64,000 nt of DNA from Lama guanicoe (Eukaryota), in contig MU053994.1 of the NCBI GenBank assembly GCA_013239625.1, positions 4,073,434-4,137,433 of the forward strand, written 5' to 3'. Below, in pieces: positions 25,035 to 37,997 of the stretch. The first letter of the stretch is position 1. The number at the start of each line of letters is the position of its first letter. A model generated the notes under the pieces. The model worked only from the letters and a program-made list of their open reading frames with translations, was not told where the DNA came from and ran no database searches. The translations under genes and the position numbers were made by a program.

Positions 25035-26300
25035 CATCCTGTGGATGCTAGTCAGCTTCTTTCCCAAGCTACCTTGTGACAGATTGCTCGATGTGCAGAG
25101 TGGCTATGGCAGCAGGAATGGGGGTTAGGCATGGGCTCAACAACATTGACTTTGCCTCTCTCAGGCTGCTCCGGCCACCGTCACTATTGATTGGCCTGTC
25201 TGCCAACCCTAGAAAGAATGCTGAGCCCTGATGACATCATTCCCTTGAGGTGGAGGGGGCTGACAGGGGAGATGGGCCAGCTGCTTAGTGGGAGATTGAT
25301 TACATTCAACCCCTTTCATCATGGAGAGAGCAGCACTTTGTCCTTACTGGAATATATATGTATTCTGAATATAGATTATCATCCCCGCCTGTGATACTAT
25401 TGCTCATGCCACCATTCATAGATGTATATAGTAAATTATTCACTGTGAAATTATTTCACATAACATTGCTTTCCATCAATTATCCAATTTTTCAGGAAAA
25501 GAAATGTGACTTGGCCTCATGGTCATGAAATTCACTCCTTTGGCCATGCCCTCCACTACTCAAGAAGCAGTAGTTCTCACAGAATGTTGAAATAACCTAT
25601 TGAAGATACAACTATAGTGCCTGTTACAGTGGGAGATTATATCTATGAGGTTGGAGAACTGTCCTCAAAGAGATGCATTCTATCGATGACCAATATTTGT
25701 ACCATTTCTCTATAGCCAACCTATAGATCTTAAAACTAAGGAGTAAAGTTGAGAGTGGCCTCTCTCACTATTCCATCTATAATCTGTTAACCAGAGTTTG
25801 CTAAAAATCCCAGAAACTATGTCCTCTACTTGTTAAGAAGTGTTGATTCAAAGGGGGAATGTTTCTGCCAGGGGACATGACAATAGTTCTGTTGAATAGG
25901 AAGCTGAGGCTCCTACCTGATCGTGTTGTGTACTTTAGACCAATAAACTTACTACAGGCAAAGAAAGGGGTTACTCTACTAGACAGGATGCTTAATTCTG
26001 ATTAAGAGAGGAAATTGGATTACTATACATAACAGGAGCAGAGAGGACTATGACTAGAACTTGAGGGATCCCATGGGCCTCCATTTCCAGTCACAAAGTT
26101 AATTGAAGAGTACCCAATTAACACAGACCACTAAGGGCTCAGATTCCTTACAATGAACATCTGAGTCATTCAACCAGCTAAAGGAATTTGACCAGCTGAG
26201 GTGAAGGCTAAGGGTAAAGGAACATGGAATAAATAGTGGACAAAGGAACTTCAATTTCTGCTATAGCTTAGTGTCCAATTACAGAAACAAGAACTAGAGC
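25035..26300 (+). mobile_element. ERVL internal remnant: integrase and dUTPase pseudogene
   Basis: 25289-25388 translates WEIDYIQPLSSWREQHFVLTGIYMYSEYRLSSP (ERVL IN WQVDYIGPLPSWKGQRFVLTGIDTYSGYGFAFP); from 25853 GGMFLPGDMTIVLLNRKLRLLP (ERVL dUTPase); many stops and frameshifts. Confidence 0.9.
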
Positions 26301-26489
26301 ATATTTTGTGTAGTGTGTATATTTTCTTTCTTCCTTGATTTATATGTGTGTGTGTTATGCGTGTGTGTTAAGCATATTATAGGCATTCAATATATATATA
26401 GTCGAATTGATTACCATAATTATATAATATCTATTCCTTACCCATGAAGGTAGCACTCTATTGAGTTTTCTCCCTGCTTCTTCTTGTCA

Positions 26490-27070
26490 ATAGAATTTTC
26501 CTTAATTAAAATATTTTAATTATGCTTTAATAAGTGATCATCATAACTAGAGAAATAATCCAGAGATTTTGTTTTTAATGTGAGTATCTCCCTACCTACC
26601 TTCTTGTCTACCTTTTGAGGTAACCAGTGTTAATACCACACCATTAACTTTCCAGTATTTTCCATTTCCTTACAAATATATATTAACATGTACACATGCT
26701 ATGTTTTTGTCTTTATGAAGCAATGATTACACTACGTGCCATCCTTTGCCACTTGCCCATTTACTCGATAATATGTCATAGACACCCCCAGGTCAAAAGA
26801 GATCTAGTTCATTTATTTTAATGGTTATAGAATATTGTCTTTTAGACAGACCATAATTTATTCAACCATTACTTTATTGATGGCCATTCAATTTGCTTTC
26901 AGTTTTTTGCCTCCTACTATGATGCTGCAATAAACATCCTAATACAAATAGTCATATATATTCCTCAAAGTGGAATTACTAAGGGTATGTGCAGTTGAAA
27001 TATTCATAGCTATTGCCCGATTATCTTCCACTTCTCTACATCGAAAGGTCTTGTTTCCCTTAAACATTCC
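26490..27070 (-). mobile_element. L1ME-type 3' fragment
   Basis: gaggtaaccagtgttaata, ccataatttattcaaccatt...tattgatggccatt, gctgcaataaacatcct, aaagtggaattact. Confidence 0.75.
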
Positions 27071-27370
27071 TTAATTTATTCATATGTAGTGAAATTTGCT
27101 TAATCAGCAATAATATATACTTAATTATGAGTCATAAACTGTCATGATGCTGCTAGGAGGCATTTGCATTTATCAGTCATCATGAGGATCTTCCACTGAA
27201 GCGGAAGGAAACAGAGTTCTTCCTGTCTTGGGAGAGAGGGATGTGGCAGATGTCAAAGCTTTTGCCCAAGCGAGGAAATATGATACAGTTTAGGAGAAGC
27301 AGGGAATGTCCCCACTTCTAAATGGAACACAATGTCATTTTGTTGAGGATAGTGGACATTAACCAGAAGA

Positions 27371-27372
<2 letters not shown>

Positions 27373-27411
<39 letters not shown>
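27373..27411. repeat. (AC)n microsatellite, about 19 units
   Basis: Direct read. Confidence 0.97.
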
Positions 27412-27414
<3 letters not shown>

Positions 27415-29639
27415 GCAAGACATTGTTTACTTGAAACATCCTAGGGAATTAGCAGAAATAGCTGGGCTGTTCTTTTGAGTACAGTGGGTAGCAAAAGTCT
27501 ATGAAACAAGTGTTGTTGCAACTAAAATAACATATCTCCTCCCCCTACATTTGTACCCATAGGCTGGCAAGTTGTGGGGAAACTTACATTAGAAATCACT
27601 GAACGTGAATTCTCAAATTGTCCAAAAATTCAAATCACGTTGAATAGACTCACTTCCTGCAAGAGCAAATTATTTTTCTCTGTTGATCCTTTTTTACTGT
27701 GAAAATATTTTCAAGTTGAGAAATACAGTGACAAGATGATTATACATCTTCTTAATATAGTTGTGAACTTTTTAATTGAAGATTATGCTTTATATTGTTT
27801 GCAAATTAGCTTCCAAAATCATAAGCAAAACTTTCCTCCTTTCTGGGAAATTCCCACTTCAAAGCTAATCTGAAGGCCTTTTTTTGAAAAGAAATTTTCA
27901 GCAACGAAACAGCATTAATGGATACACCTAAGGACAATTTAGTGGAACGAAGAGGCATGTGTATTTTATGTAGTAACCCAGCTTCACCAGTTTTCCTGCT
28001 TTGCTGAAAAGTTCATTTTCAAAACATCAGTGCTCTATCACTTGACAGCTTGCTGCTTCTGAAACTCTAAATTTCTGGTGTGCAGCTAATGTATGTACAT
28101 TTAGAAAGCACAAGATCTGAATTCATATGTATGCAACTCTTAAATTACATGATGCTGTCAAGTATTGACTTTTATGGTTGATAGCTTTAATATTACTATT
28201 TGTGTCTCTATAAATTACTCTTGCAGAAGCCAAAAAAAGAGAAAAATCCAAGTTTTATTAATAGATATACTAAGCATCACACTCAAGGCATAATTGATAT
28301 GAATATCAATAACATGATTTTAATAACATCAAACAGTTTAGTGTCATAGGGAAACATCTTTTAAATGCAGAATGTGAGTGGTGCAGTCAATCGGGGATGG
28401 GATCTTAGGAGGAACTACCTGACTTGAATCTATGAATGAAAGAGTCTGAAAACCATTAGAGAGAGTAATGGAAATAGTCCCAAAGATTCACATTTAAAAT
28501 GACCTTGAATTTCACACCCCCGAATAATTAATGCATTGGCCACAATGAGGTCACCAAGATTCCCAGAACTACGCAAACAACAATTATTTGCTTTTCTCCT
28601 TAAATGTTGTATGGAAAAAAGTTACGTGTGTGTGTTGGGGTATGAGAACGGGGATGCTTGATCGGAGAGGGGTTCTCTGTCGGGGGTGGTGTAGGAGAAG
28701 CCAACATAATGTAGATTTGACAGAGGGCAGAAGATCCCTTAGTGGAATTCTGAGCAAATCAAGTTAGGGAGAGGCACTGCAGAGTAAGGTCTGAAGCCAG
28801 AGTTCCACATGGTGTTCAGCCTTTCTGTAATTTGCCTCATGGAAAAAGGGCCTTTGACAAACCAAGGTCAAAGGTGAGATAGGGAAAATTGATCTTTAAC
28901 ACTCTTCCCATTCATCCCCTCCTCTCCCTTCCTAACATTACGCTCTCTGACCTCAGCCTGCCCTCCAATTACTCAGGACGCCTCAGTTAGTTCTTTCCTA
29001 ACGAGATCTATCCTTCTTGGCCAGTACCAATGAGGTTTGACTATTTCACCTGCAGCCTTCATTGCCTTTTACCCTAATAAAACTTTAGCCTTCCTGAAGT
29101 TCATTCCCCCAGAGCCTTAGTCTTTACAAATAAAGCAATCTGGGCCAGTTGACTCAATATGATGTCCCTTATCTAATATACTTACATCCTAACAGAATCT
29201 CTCAGAGCCTCAAGCAAAGAATAGGTTCAAACTGTGGTCTTTTCAGTTGAGCAGGTTGATTGGGGAGCTGTTTTGCGGGTAGATATATCTTGGTTTTCCT
29301 GAAACCACACCACGTAGATAGCTGCCTGTTTTGCCTAAGCCTAAGCCTGTCTTTGATTCATTGTCCACATGGGCTCCTCGCACTGTGTCCAGCTCATTGT
29401 CACGTCCTCAGTGTGATGCCCAGTGTACTGTACTCAGTTCTGTTACCTCTCAGCCACCAGGTCTCTCCTTTCCCCCTGGGCCTTGCTACATCCCTTGCTT
29501 GCCCATAGGAGTGGCCCTAAGGAAGGTCCATGCTTTTCGTGTTGTCTTTAACACCCTGGCTGCCCGTCCTGCCATAGTCAGAACTGATTGATAAGGAGAG
29601 ACCCCCCCCCCAACCACATGCTGGCACATTGGCTGGACT

Positions 29640-30027
29640 GGGCCCACGGAAGACCTGCTTTCCTAGGGTTTCCCAGGAGGCCCAGGTAACTCAACCCAGA
29701 ACTGTAGGTAAACTAATATCTTGTAAACCAATAAAACTGAAGACATGAAGACACCATCACTCTTCCTTTCCTCCCTAACAGACTGTTCTAAGACACAGTG
29801 GTTCCATGCAGCCTCACTGGACACACTCTGTGTGAGTGAGTTGTGTTTTACTGTGAGGCTGTGGCCAGCCCAGTAATGCACCATCTCGTATTTGCTCTCC
29901 TTCCTTCCCTGACTCACTTCAATTTTTTCCCTCCTTCTTGCTTACCTGGGATTACACTCCCTAATAAAGGGTTAAAGTGTAGGCATCTATCGTTGGTTCT
30001 GATTTTTAGGGAATCAGGGCTAAGACA
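29640..30027 (+). mobile_element. ERVL solo LTR (LTR16/LTR50-like)
   Basis: ccttccctgactcacttc...ctgggattacactccctaataaag...tttttagggaatcagggctaagaca: LTR R/U5 with AATAAA and CA end. Confidence 0.7.
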
Positions 30028-31389
30028 CAGTAAAAATTGATTATTGACAGTGATCAAAGAAGCATTCAAATATATGTATAGTCTCCTAACTATAAGCCAA
30101 ATTTGGTCTTGTTAATGTCACTTAGGTATGTGATATGAGTAGTTGTTGAGTACAACATGACGTGGCAGGGATGTCTGAAAGCCAGACTCTAAAGGGCATT
30201 GGCCCAAAGGCACAAGAAAGTCCACTTAAATGAAATGTGTTCAAAGTGTCCTGTTACAATGTTAAGTGTCACTAGTGCCCCGAACACAGTGTGGAAAAAG
30301 AACAGAGGCAAAGAGATGTTGAGCAAATCCTGAGGGCAGTTTTCATTCCAAAGATAGGCTTTGTGGAAATTTGACTTGTTGGCTTGACCATGGCTCTCAG
30401 CCAGGTTCAGCTAAGGTCCCTGGGAAGTCCCAGAGAGTAACACATGGCTAAAGTTCTCCTCTGGGTCTACATATTCTTAAGGCCAAGTAAAACTTGTATA
30501 TGTATAATGCTTGATCATTGATCTGCAAAACAAAGAATCCACTTTTACATGTGGTTTTAAGATACTTTCCACTTTACAACCAATTTCTACTTCAATTTCT
30601 TAGCAAGCAAAAGATTTGGAATGACCATGTATATAATAGAATAAGTGTCTCCACAGGCCCATGTGTAAAACTAGAGGCTGAGAGCAGATAAGTGTCCTTT
30701 AAATGAAATTAAGGGGAGATGTAATAATGGCTTTTAATAAGGTCACATTGAAAGGGAGTGACAGGATAAATTGGACCATTTGAGAAATTTGCCAAGTATA
30801 AGAATTAAGGTTACATTACTAAAAAATTATCTAGATAATCTTGTCTCTGAAAAAAATTAATGGGAAACGTACCTAATTATTTGAGCCAAGAGACAGAAAA
30901 TGTAGTTGACGTACGTATTTAAGGATACACCATTTTTTCCCAAGGTATCTGAACAACACTGCTGACAAGATTGATTTAATATCGTATGACATTTCAGGAG
31001 ACCTAGAATCTTTTTTTAAAAGAGATTTAAGGGAAAAATCTGCTTAAATAAACAATTTGTGAGATAATATTTAATTTATATTTAGGTCAGTGGATAAGAT
31101 AAATTTGATTTTCAATTATAAATAAAATTAGGAAACTAAAATAGACTTGATAAAAATAGAACAAGTGTTTGTTAACCTAAAATCAAGGAAGGATAATGAA
31201 AAACTGTATGGAACAGTTGGGAGTAACAACATGTTTGGTTTACTTTCTTTAAAACAATGCAGCACATTTTAGGAATTTAAAGCTTTCAAGTGATTTTAGA
31301 TGGATTTGGGTTTTTTTAATTTTAGATGGAAAATCTTAAAATATGAAGACGGTTAAACTAAAAAAAAAATCCTATAAAAATTCAGTCAT

Positions 31390-31710
31390 CTATTGAGATG
31401 ATCATTTACAAAACAGAAACAGACTCACAGATATAGAAAACAAACTTATCGTTACCAGGGGGGCAAGAGGGTGGGAAGGGATAAATTGGGAGTTTGAGAT
31501 TTGCAGATACTAACTACTATATATAAAATAGATAAACAGAAAGTATAGTGCAGGGAACTATATTCAATATCTTATAGTAACCTATAATGAAAAAGAATAT
31601 AGGTATGTATATATATGACTGGAATATTATGCTGTACACCAGAAATTGACACAACATTGTAAACTAACTATACTTCAATAAAAATTTTTAAAATAAAAAC
31701 ATGAACTTAA
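31390..31710 (+). mobile_element. Young lineage-specific L1 3'UTR insertion, 5'-truncated
   Basis: acaaaacagaaacagactcacaga...gggaactatattcaatatctt...tgtacaccagaaattgacacaacattgtaa...cttcaataaaa; perfect 14-bp TSD aaaaattcagtcat (31376-31389 / 31711-31724). Confidence 0.95.
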
Positions 31711-31799
31711 AAAAATTCAGTCATTAAAGTTTCAGGAGTTAAGAAAAATCATTGTAAGCATTTGGTTAAGGTTTTTCTATATATTGTCTTGTTGATTGC

Positions 31800-31945
31800 T
31801 CACAAAAACTCTATAAAGAAAAAAAGTTAATAATCTTGTTAGAGATAAAACAGCTTTAGGAAAGTTAGCTAACTTCCTGGAAGTCTTGCACCTTGTAAAT
31901 GAAGACTTGAACTCATGTCTCTGAGACTAAAAGGCTTCATTAGAG
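31800..31945 (-). mobile_element. MIR fragment
   Basis: ctcacaaaaactctataaag...aaagttagctaacttcctggaagtc...acttgaactcatgtctctgagact. Confidence 0.55.
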
Positions 31946-32188
31946 AGTGGGACTTGGGCTGTGTGTGATCCTCAATCTGCTTGGTGGCAGACTGACCCAA
32001 GAGGCTGGGCCAGACACACAGAATAGGTTTTCCATGGGTCATTTTTGGTGCAAATGTCTGACAAAGTTTGACAGCCCTTGCTTCGCCAGCATTCACTTTT
32101 TTTCACACTGCAAATTTTTCTTGGTATTTTATGAGAGTTCTTTTGGACTTCATAGGCAGGAGTCCTATGTCACTCTTTTTTTATTTAA

Positions 32189-33508
32189 TCTCCCCTTTTC
32201 CCCCACCACACAGCAACTGGTAACCACTATTCTAGTCTCTGTTACTATGAGTTCAGCTTTTTTAGCTTTTACATGCAAGTGATTTCATACAGTATTTATC
32301 TTTCTCTATCTGACTTATTTCCTTAGAATAATGTCCTCGGGTTTCATCCCTGTTGTCACAAAAGGCAGGATGATCTTCTTTCTCCAGGCCAAATAGTATA
32401 TCTGTATCTGTATCACGTCTTTTTAATCTATTCAACAGGTGAAGGACACCTAGGTTATTTCCATATCTTGGCTATTGTGAATAATGTAGCAGTGAACATG
32501 GGAGTGAAGATATCTCTTTGAGATTCTGTTTTCATTCCCTTTGGATATATACCCAGAAGTGGAATTGCTGGATCATCTGGTAGTTCTTTTTTTTTTACTT
32601 TTTTGAGGAACCTTCATACTGTTTCCTTATAATGGCTGCACCAATTTATATTCCCACCTCCAGTGCACAAGGGTTCCCTTTTCTCCACATTCTTCACCAA
32701 CACTTGTTGTCTCTTTTCTTTTTGATGGTAGCCATTCTAATAGGTATGTTGTGATACCTCATTGTCATTTTGATTTGCATGTTCCTGATGATTAGTGGTG
32801 TTGGGCACCTTTTCATGTACCTGATGGCCATTTGTATGTCATCTTTCCAAAAATAAATGTCCATTCAGTTCCTTTGCACATTTTTTAATCAGATTATTTG
32901 ATATTTTGCTATTGGGTTGCATGAGTTCTTTATGTTTTGTATATTAACCCCTTATCAGATATACTTTGAAAATATTTTCTCCCATTCTGTAAGTTGCCTT
33001 TTCATTTCATTGATGATTTCTTTTGCTGTGCAGAAGCTTTTTAGTTTGATGCGGTACCACTTGCTTATTTTTGTTTTTCTTGCTTTTGCTTTTGGTATCA
33101 AATCCAAAAAATAATTGCCAAGATCAATGTCAAGGAGCTTATGCCTTGTGTTTTCTTTTAGGAGTTTTATGGTTTTAGGTCATACATTCAAGTCTTTAAT
33201 CCATTTTGAGTTGGTTTTTGTGTATGGTGTAAGAGAGGGGTCCAGTTTCATTCTTTTCCATGTGGCTGCCCAGTTTATGTTACACAGTTTATTGAAGAGA
33301 ATATCCTTCCTCTACTGTATATTCTTAGCTTCTTTGTCATAAATTAATTGACCACATATGCATGGGATTATTTCTGGGCTATCCGTTTTTTCCCGTTGAT
33401 CTATGTGTTTGTTTTTATGCCAATACCATACTGTTTTGATTACTATAACTTTGTAATATAGTTTGACATCAAGAAGTGTGATGCCTCTAGCTTTGTTCTT
33501 TTTTCTTG
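32189..33508 (-). mobile_element. L1MA9-like ORF2 C-terminus and partial 3'UTR
   Basis: ORF 33312..33530 gives [36 protein letters not shown] (L1 ORF2); ggatatatacccagaagtggaattgctggatc and ggtaaccactattct follow. Confidence 0.93.
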
Positions 33509-33798
33509 GAGATCTAGATGTGGGATCCAAACCCTTTGCTCCTCTGGGAGAAACTGGGAATCAGGAGTTCCCTCCCAATTGTATGGCACTGTGTTGAAGG
33601 TAGAGTTTGTGACAAGAGTGTATCTCAGCCTTCCTTACTCATTTCAGATGTGAGTATTTTCTCATTCACCCAGTGTGTGGAAGTTGCTCAGCTAGTTTCT
33701 GGATTTCTTTCATTGCTCCATGTGCAGCTGTACATTGAATGTCTCTGGGAGGAAGGGAGTTTAGCAGCTTCCTATGTTACCATCTCAAATTGGAACCT
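33509..33798 (-). mobile_element. L1 5'UTR terminal segment (L1M3/L1MA9-type)
   Basis: gatgtgggatccaaaccctttgctcctctgggaga...gggaggaagggagtttagcagcttcctatgttaccatctcaaattggaacc resembles the antisense 5' start of eutherian L1s. Confidence 0.75.
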
Positions 33799-34446
33799 CC
33801 AGCATTCATTTCTGATATGCTCATCTCTTTGTAGCAGGTGAAAAAAATTTGTCTATGTTTGGTCATATTTTCCAGTTAGTCAAGATACAATTAAATGGCA
33901 AAGGGGTGAAAAGCTTCCCTGTATTTGAGTAAATCTACAGATTTCAGACAATTCAATAGAAGTTGGTGATGATGAACTCTGAAAATGACTGAATAGACAA
34001 AGTTCCTAATGGCAACAACCAGAGAATTATGGTTGTTTTTCCTTTTCCTTTTCAGAAAGTGTGTACTCTAGCCAAATTTAGGATGCACCATAGGATGCAA
34101 GGAAACAAGTCATAAACATTTGTATAGTAAAATGCAACCTCTCAAAAGTGTGAGGATTCTTTATGGTTCACAGCCTTGGATTCCGTGTTTGACAAAATTT
34201 AGAAGATACTAAATTCAGTGATATTATGTGAATATAAAGTTTTTCCATTTTTAAAAAGAAAATAATGAGAATGAATTCCTTTTGGGGTCACCTCAAAAAT
34301 ACACTGTCATGAGCTTTGGAATTAAACTGAATTTAAATTCTAGCTCTGTCATGTGTAGGCTGAGAACTGGGGGAAATTATTTAGACCCTGTTTCTTATTT
34401 TTCTCATCTTATTGCAAGGATGAAAAAGATATTATAAATGCATTTG

Positions 34447-34520
34447 TTATATTATTTATTATTATTATTATTATTACTACTACTATTATTATTACGATTA
34501 CTATTATTATTATTATTATA
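34447..34520. repeat. (TAT/TAC)n imperfect microsatellite at the tail of a degraded MIR (about 34300-34446)
   Basis: attattattattattactactactattattattacgattactattattat; upstream aattctagctctgtcatgtgtag is MIR-like. Confidence 0.85.
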
Positions 34521-35754
34521 CCATACTTCTACATTCAGTGTAGCAAACCTGATAATTTTATGAGCAAATAAAGTTTCTTCAATTTATATATTTTAGATTC
34601 TTAAGTCAGTGTATTGATTTTAAGGCTTTTAAAATGATATATAAATGTATATTTTCCCATTTTCTTTTTTCTTTAACTTCCTCATCATCTACCCTCCATC
34701 TTCCTTGAGAGAGAGACAGAAAGAAAGAGAGGGACGGAAAGAAGGAGGGAGAAGAGAAGGAGGGAAGGAAGGAGGAAAGCGAAGAATGAAACAAAATAAA
34801 AATTATTTTTCCATATGTTCATAATTTTTGGAAATTTGACCCCTCCAGCTGCTGCTATTTAAAATTCATATATAATTCAATATAAATTTAGGAAGGACAT
34901 TACACTGACAGATTTCCTCTTTGGTGAAACTGACACCAGCAACTCATAGAGCTTGTCAGGATCTAAGGCTTCACTGGGAGCCACTATAAAAACCTGCAGC
35001 GGGAGGAGGCAGCAAATGGAGTGGCCTGCAGTTCTCAGCAGTGAATCCCAACGGGACTGCATTAGCATGGTTCTGGCAGGAACTACTGCCCAGCTGGTTG
35101 TCAGGAGGAGTGTAGACAGAGGTTGACATCTTTCTGCCGCTCTTACTTGGTCTCCCAGTTACCGAGCTTTCTGCTGGTGGTCAAGTTTTTCAAGCTGTCC
35201 ACACTACACATGAGAAAGACCCAACTTCACCTCTGTACTCCCTTCTTTGGCCTCTTTTAGTCATCTGACGGCTGAAATGTTGTCAGAGAAAGATTTGGTT
35301 TGATACTGTGGCTCCTACTAAAATTCTGTCATTTTTACTTTTAAGGACAATTTTTAAATAGTACAAGAAGCTTGGATAGTGGAAAAATAATCAATCAGAA
35401 CACTATAAATAACTTATTATCTCCCGAATACTTGGGGCAGGAAATTATCTTAATCTTCCACTATTAGAGAGATGGCATGAAAAATTATTTAATCACAAGA
35501 TACACAATGTTTATCACTGAAATCAATCCAGGATAATGTAATAACCAAATATTCTATCATGGTTTTAAAGCCATTATCCAAATTGGTTGCTGAAAAAAGA
35601 AACTAAACATAATAAGAGCTGTGGAACCATTAATAATATTTGGGTCTCACTAAAAGTTAGCTATAAGAATTCTCATCCAAAATTACAAGCATAATTCAAA
35701 AATCACAGATGACTCAAAACAAAACACAAAATGACAGTCAGGAAATTCATCAAC

Positions 35755-35940
35755 TGCTCTAATAGCAACTTACATTTATATGATGCCTTATACTTTGAAA
35801 TGCAATTTCACACATATTTTCTTAATAATCCTTGGAAGTAGGTATATATGCACCATTATTCCTATTTTTCATAGTAATGAACTGAGGCTCAGAGAGATTC
35901 TGTAACATGGCAATATCAGACCTTCAATTAAGTTTTCCTG
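35755..35940 (-). mobile_element. MIR SINE
   Basis: ataatccttggaagtaggt...attattcctatttttcatagtaatgaactgaggctcagagag. Confidence 0.75.
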
Positions 35941-36109
35941 TCTTCAGTGTAGATGTTTGTCTGTCTTTCTCTCTGTGGGTCTTAGATGTTAATATTCATT
36001 ATACAGTGGCCTTTGGAAACCATATCAAGCTGCCTGAAGAGCTCAGATATTCACCTGTACATGGGTGTGTGTGTGTATGCAAGACTCTAGTGCTAATGTT
36101 GTGCTAGTC

Positions 36110-36622
36110 TGTGGCACTGGTGGCTCCAAATGATCTGCTTGGTAACCAGGCCTTTAGATGGTTTTCCACCTTATATCTGGGCTGAGCCTGTGTTTGCATT
36201 AGCCAAAAGAATACGGTGAAATTGCTACTGTACCAATTCTGGGCCTAAGCCTTAAGAAGACCTGATGCCTTCTGCTTTATGTTCTCGGGAGCCTGGGATA
36301 TCATCAAAGAAGACTGACTATTCTGCTGGAGAGGTGACCTGCAGGGAGCGATCCTGTGGAGAGGCCAGTTGGAAAGAGAGAGGCCAAAAGTTGGAGGGAG
36401 GGCGCTAGTACAAAGCTCAGCCATCCCAGAATCCTGGTTAGGCCCAGCCCCTAGCCACTGGCCTACTGAATTTGGCCACACTAATGACCACCAGGAGGAC
36501 TAGCAGAAGAACCCCCAACTGAGCACAGCCCAGTCTACAGAACTATTACAAAATAAAATGAATGTTGTTTTAAACTACTAAGTTTTGGGGTAGTTTGCTA
36601 CGTAGCACTAGCTAACCTGAAG
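36110..36622 (+). mobile_element. MLT1H-like MaLR LTR
   Basis: ttctgggcctaagccttaagaag...cagaagaacccccaactgagcacagccca...gttgttttaaactactaagttttggggtagtttgctac. Confidence 0.8.
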
Positions 36623-37997
36623 TAAATATCAAAGCAATGGGCCTTGGGCTTCATTACTCTTTCCAAGTATACAGTTATTGAATGAGCGAGCAGTCCCCAA
36701 TCCTCTATCTCAGAGTCCCAATGACAGTTCTATGAATTCTGTATTACATATTTTTTCATCATTGGTGGGGGGAAAAAAAGCTGGCTATGAAAAACCAAAA
36801 AAATTCATGAAATTGGATTTTCTTTTTCCTCTCAGAGCGAAAATGCCACTAATTGTTTGAACCAAAGACTCAGGCACAACGTGGCTGCCTAGATATGAAA
36901 TGACACTCCATAAACTTGCAATTTTATTTCTCATCCATGAATGCATTTCCATCCTATGAGGACTGCTCTGTATGCGGGAGCTTTCAATTCTGGAAATGTC
37001 ATCAGGGAAAAGATAGCAGCAGCTTGGCCATGAAACCATAGGTTTTCAAATTAGCAAATTTTCAGCACTCTGTTCATTAGTGAAATCAATGAGACTTTTA
37101 AAGGACTGAGAAAAATTGTCAAAATATGAGAAGATGAAAATGATGAGATGAATGGGACTTTAGATGCTCAGGGTGGCTCGTGGGGGAGGCCCAGCACACT
37201 GAGCATCCTTTTATACATCCCAACAGACCCCAAACAGACTAAAGTCAGTCATATCAACCACATCAACTGCTATGCCTCTAGGTCATTTGCAACTTCTGAG
37301 TACTTGTAACATGCTCTTTTGGGTCATTTCTTCCTTTGATTTCTCTTCTCTTCAGATTAAGACCATATTGGATATTGAGAGGTTTCCCTCAACTGTGTGA
37401 TCTTAAAGAAAGTCACTTTAAGAGGTGTAACTTATTATATATTTAAGCCTTAATGCAAGAAATAACCATGGTTTACATAATAAAAGGGGGAGGGGGGAGG
37501 CCTGCATTGATATATCAGAAGATCTATCACTTTCGTCTCACCTCCAGTGTCTTGTGTTAAATCTTCTAGAGGCAATTCTTCTAGAGGCAGCAGGGGGCAA
37601 AGAAAAGCATAGCATACAGCCCTTGCTTTCAAGGAGCTTAGATTTTAGTTTGGGAAAAAGTGATATGAGAGGGTTTTAACCATTCTGAGTCAGAGAGCCT
37701 CAGAGGAGCTAATGATGAAATCAGTATCTCCTTCATTTGGAAAAACAGGCTCAAATGAAATACACACATTGGTTTCCTCACTTTTTTGTGCCAATAAGAA
37801 ACAAGATTCCCTAGTCCCCACCTCTTTTTGGTCACCAGAAATTCCTACAGTCTTGAAATATATCAGTTAGCCTATGGCAAACTTGCATTAAATGATGTCT
37901 TACAGTTGAAAATAAAAATGGAATTTCATGGATATTTCTCTAAACAAAATAATCCTAAAAGGTAAGTGGACCATGAACTATTATTCCTATTTTTTGT

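Noticed and set aside
25191..25394. 67-aa ORF in the ERVL region
   Set aside because: Not in the integrase frame over the conserved core; the pol frame itself is broken.
33312..33530. ORF with real protein similarity
   Set aside because: It is an L1 ORF2 remnant crossing the 5'UTR/ORF2 junction, not a host gene.
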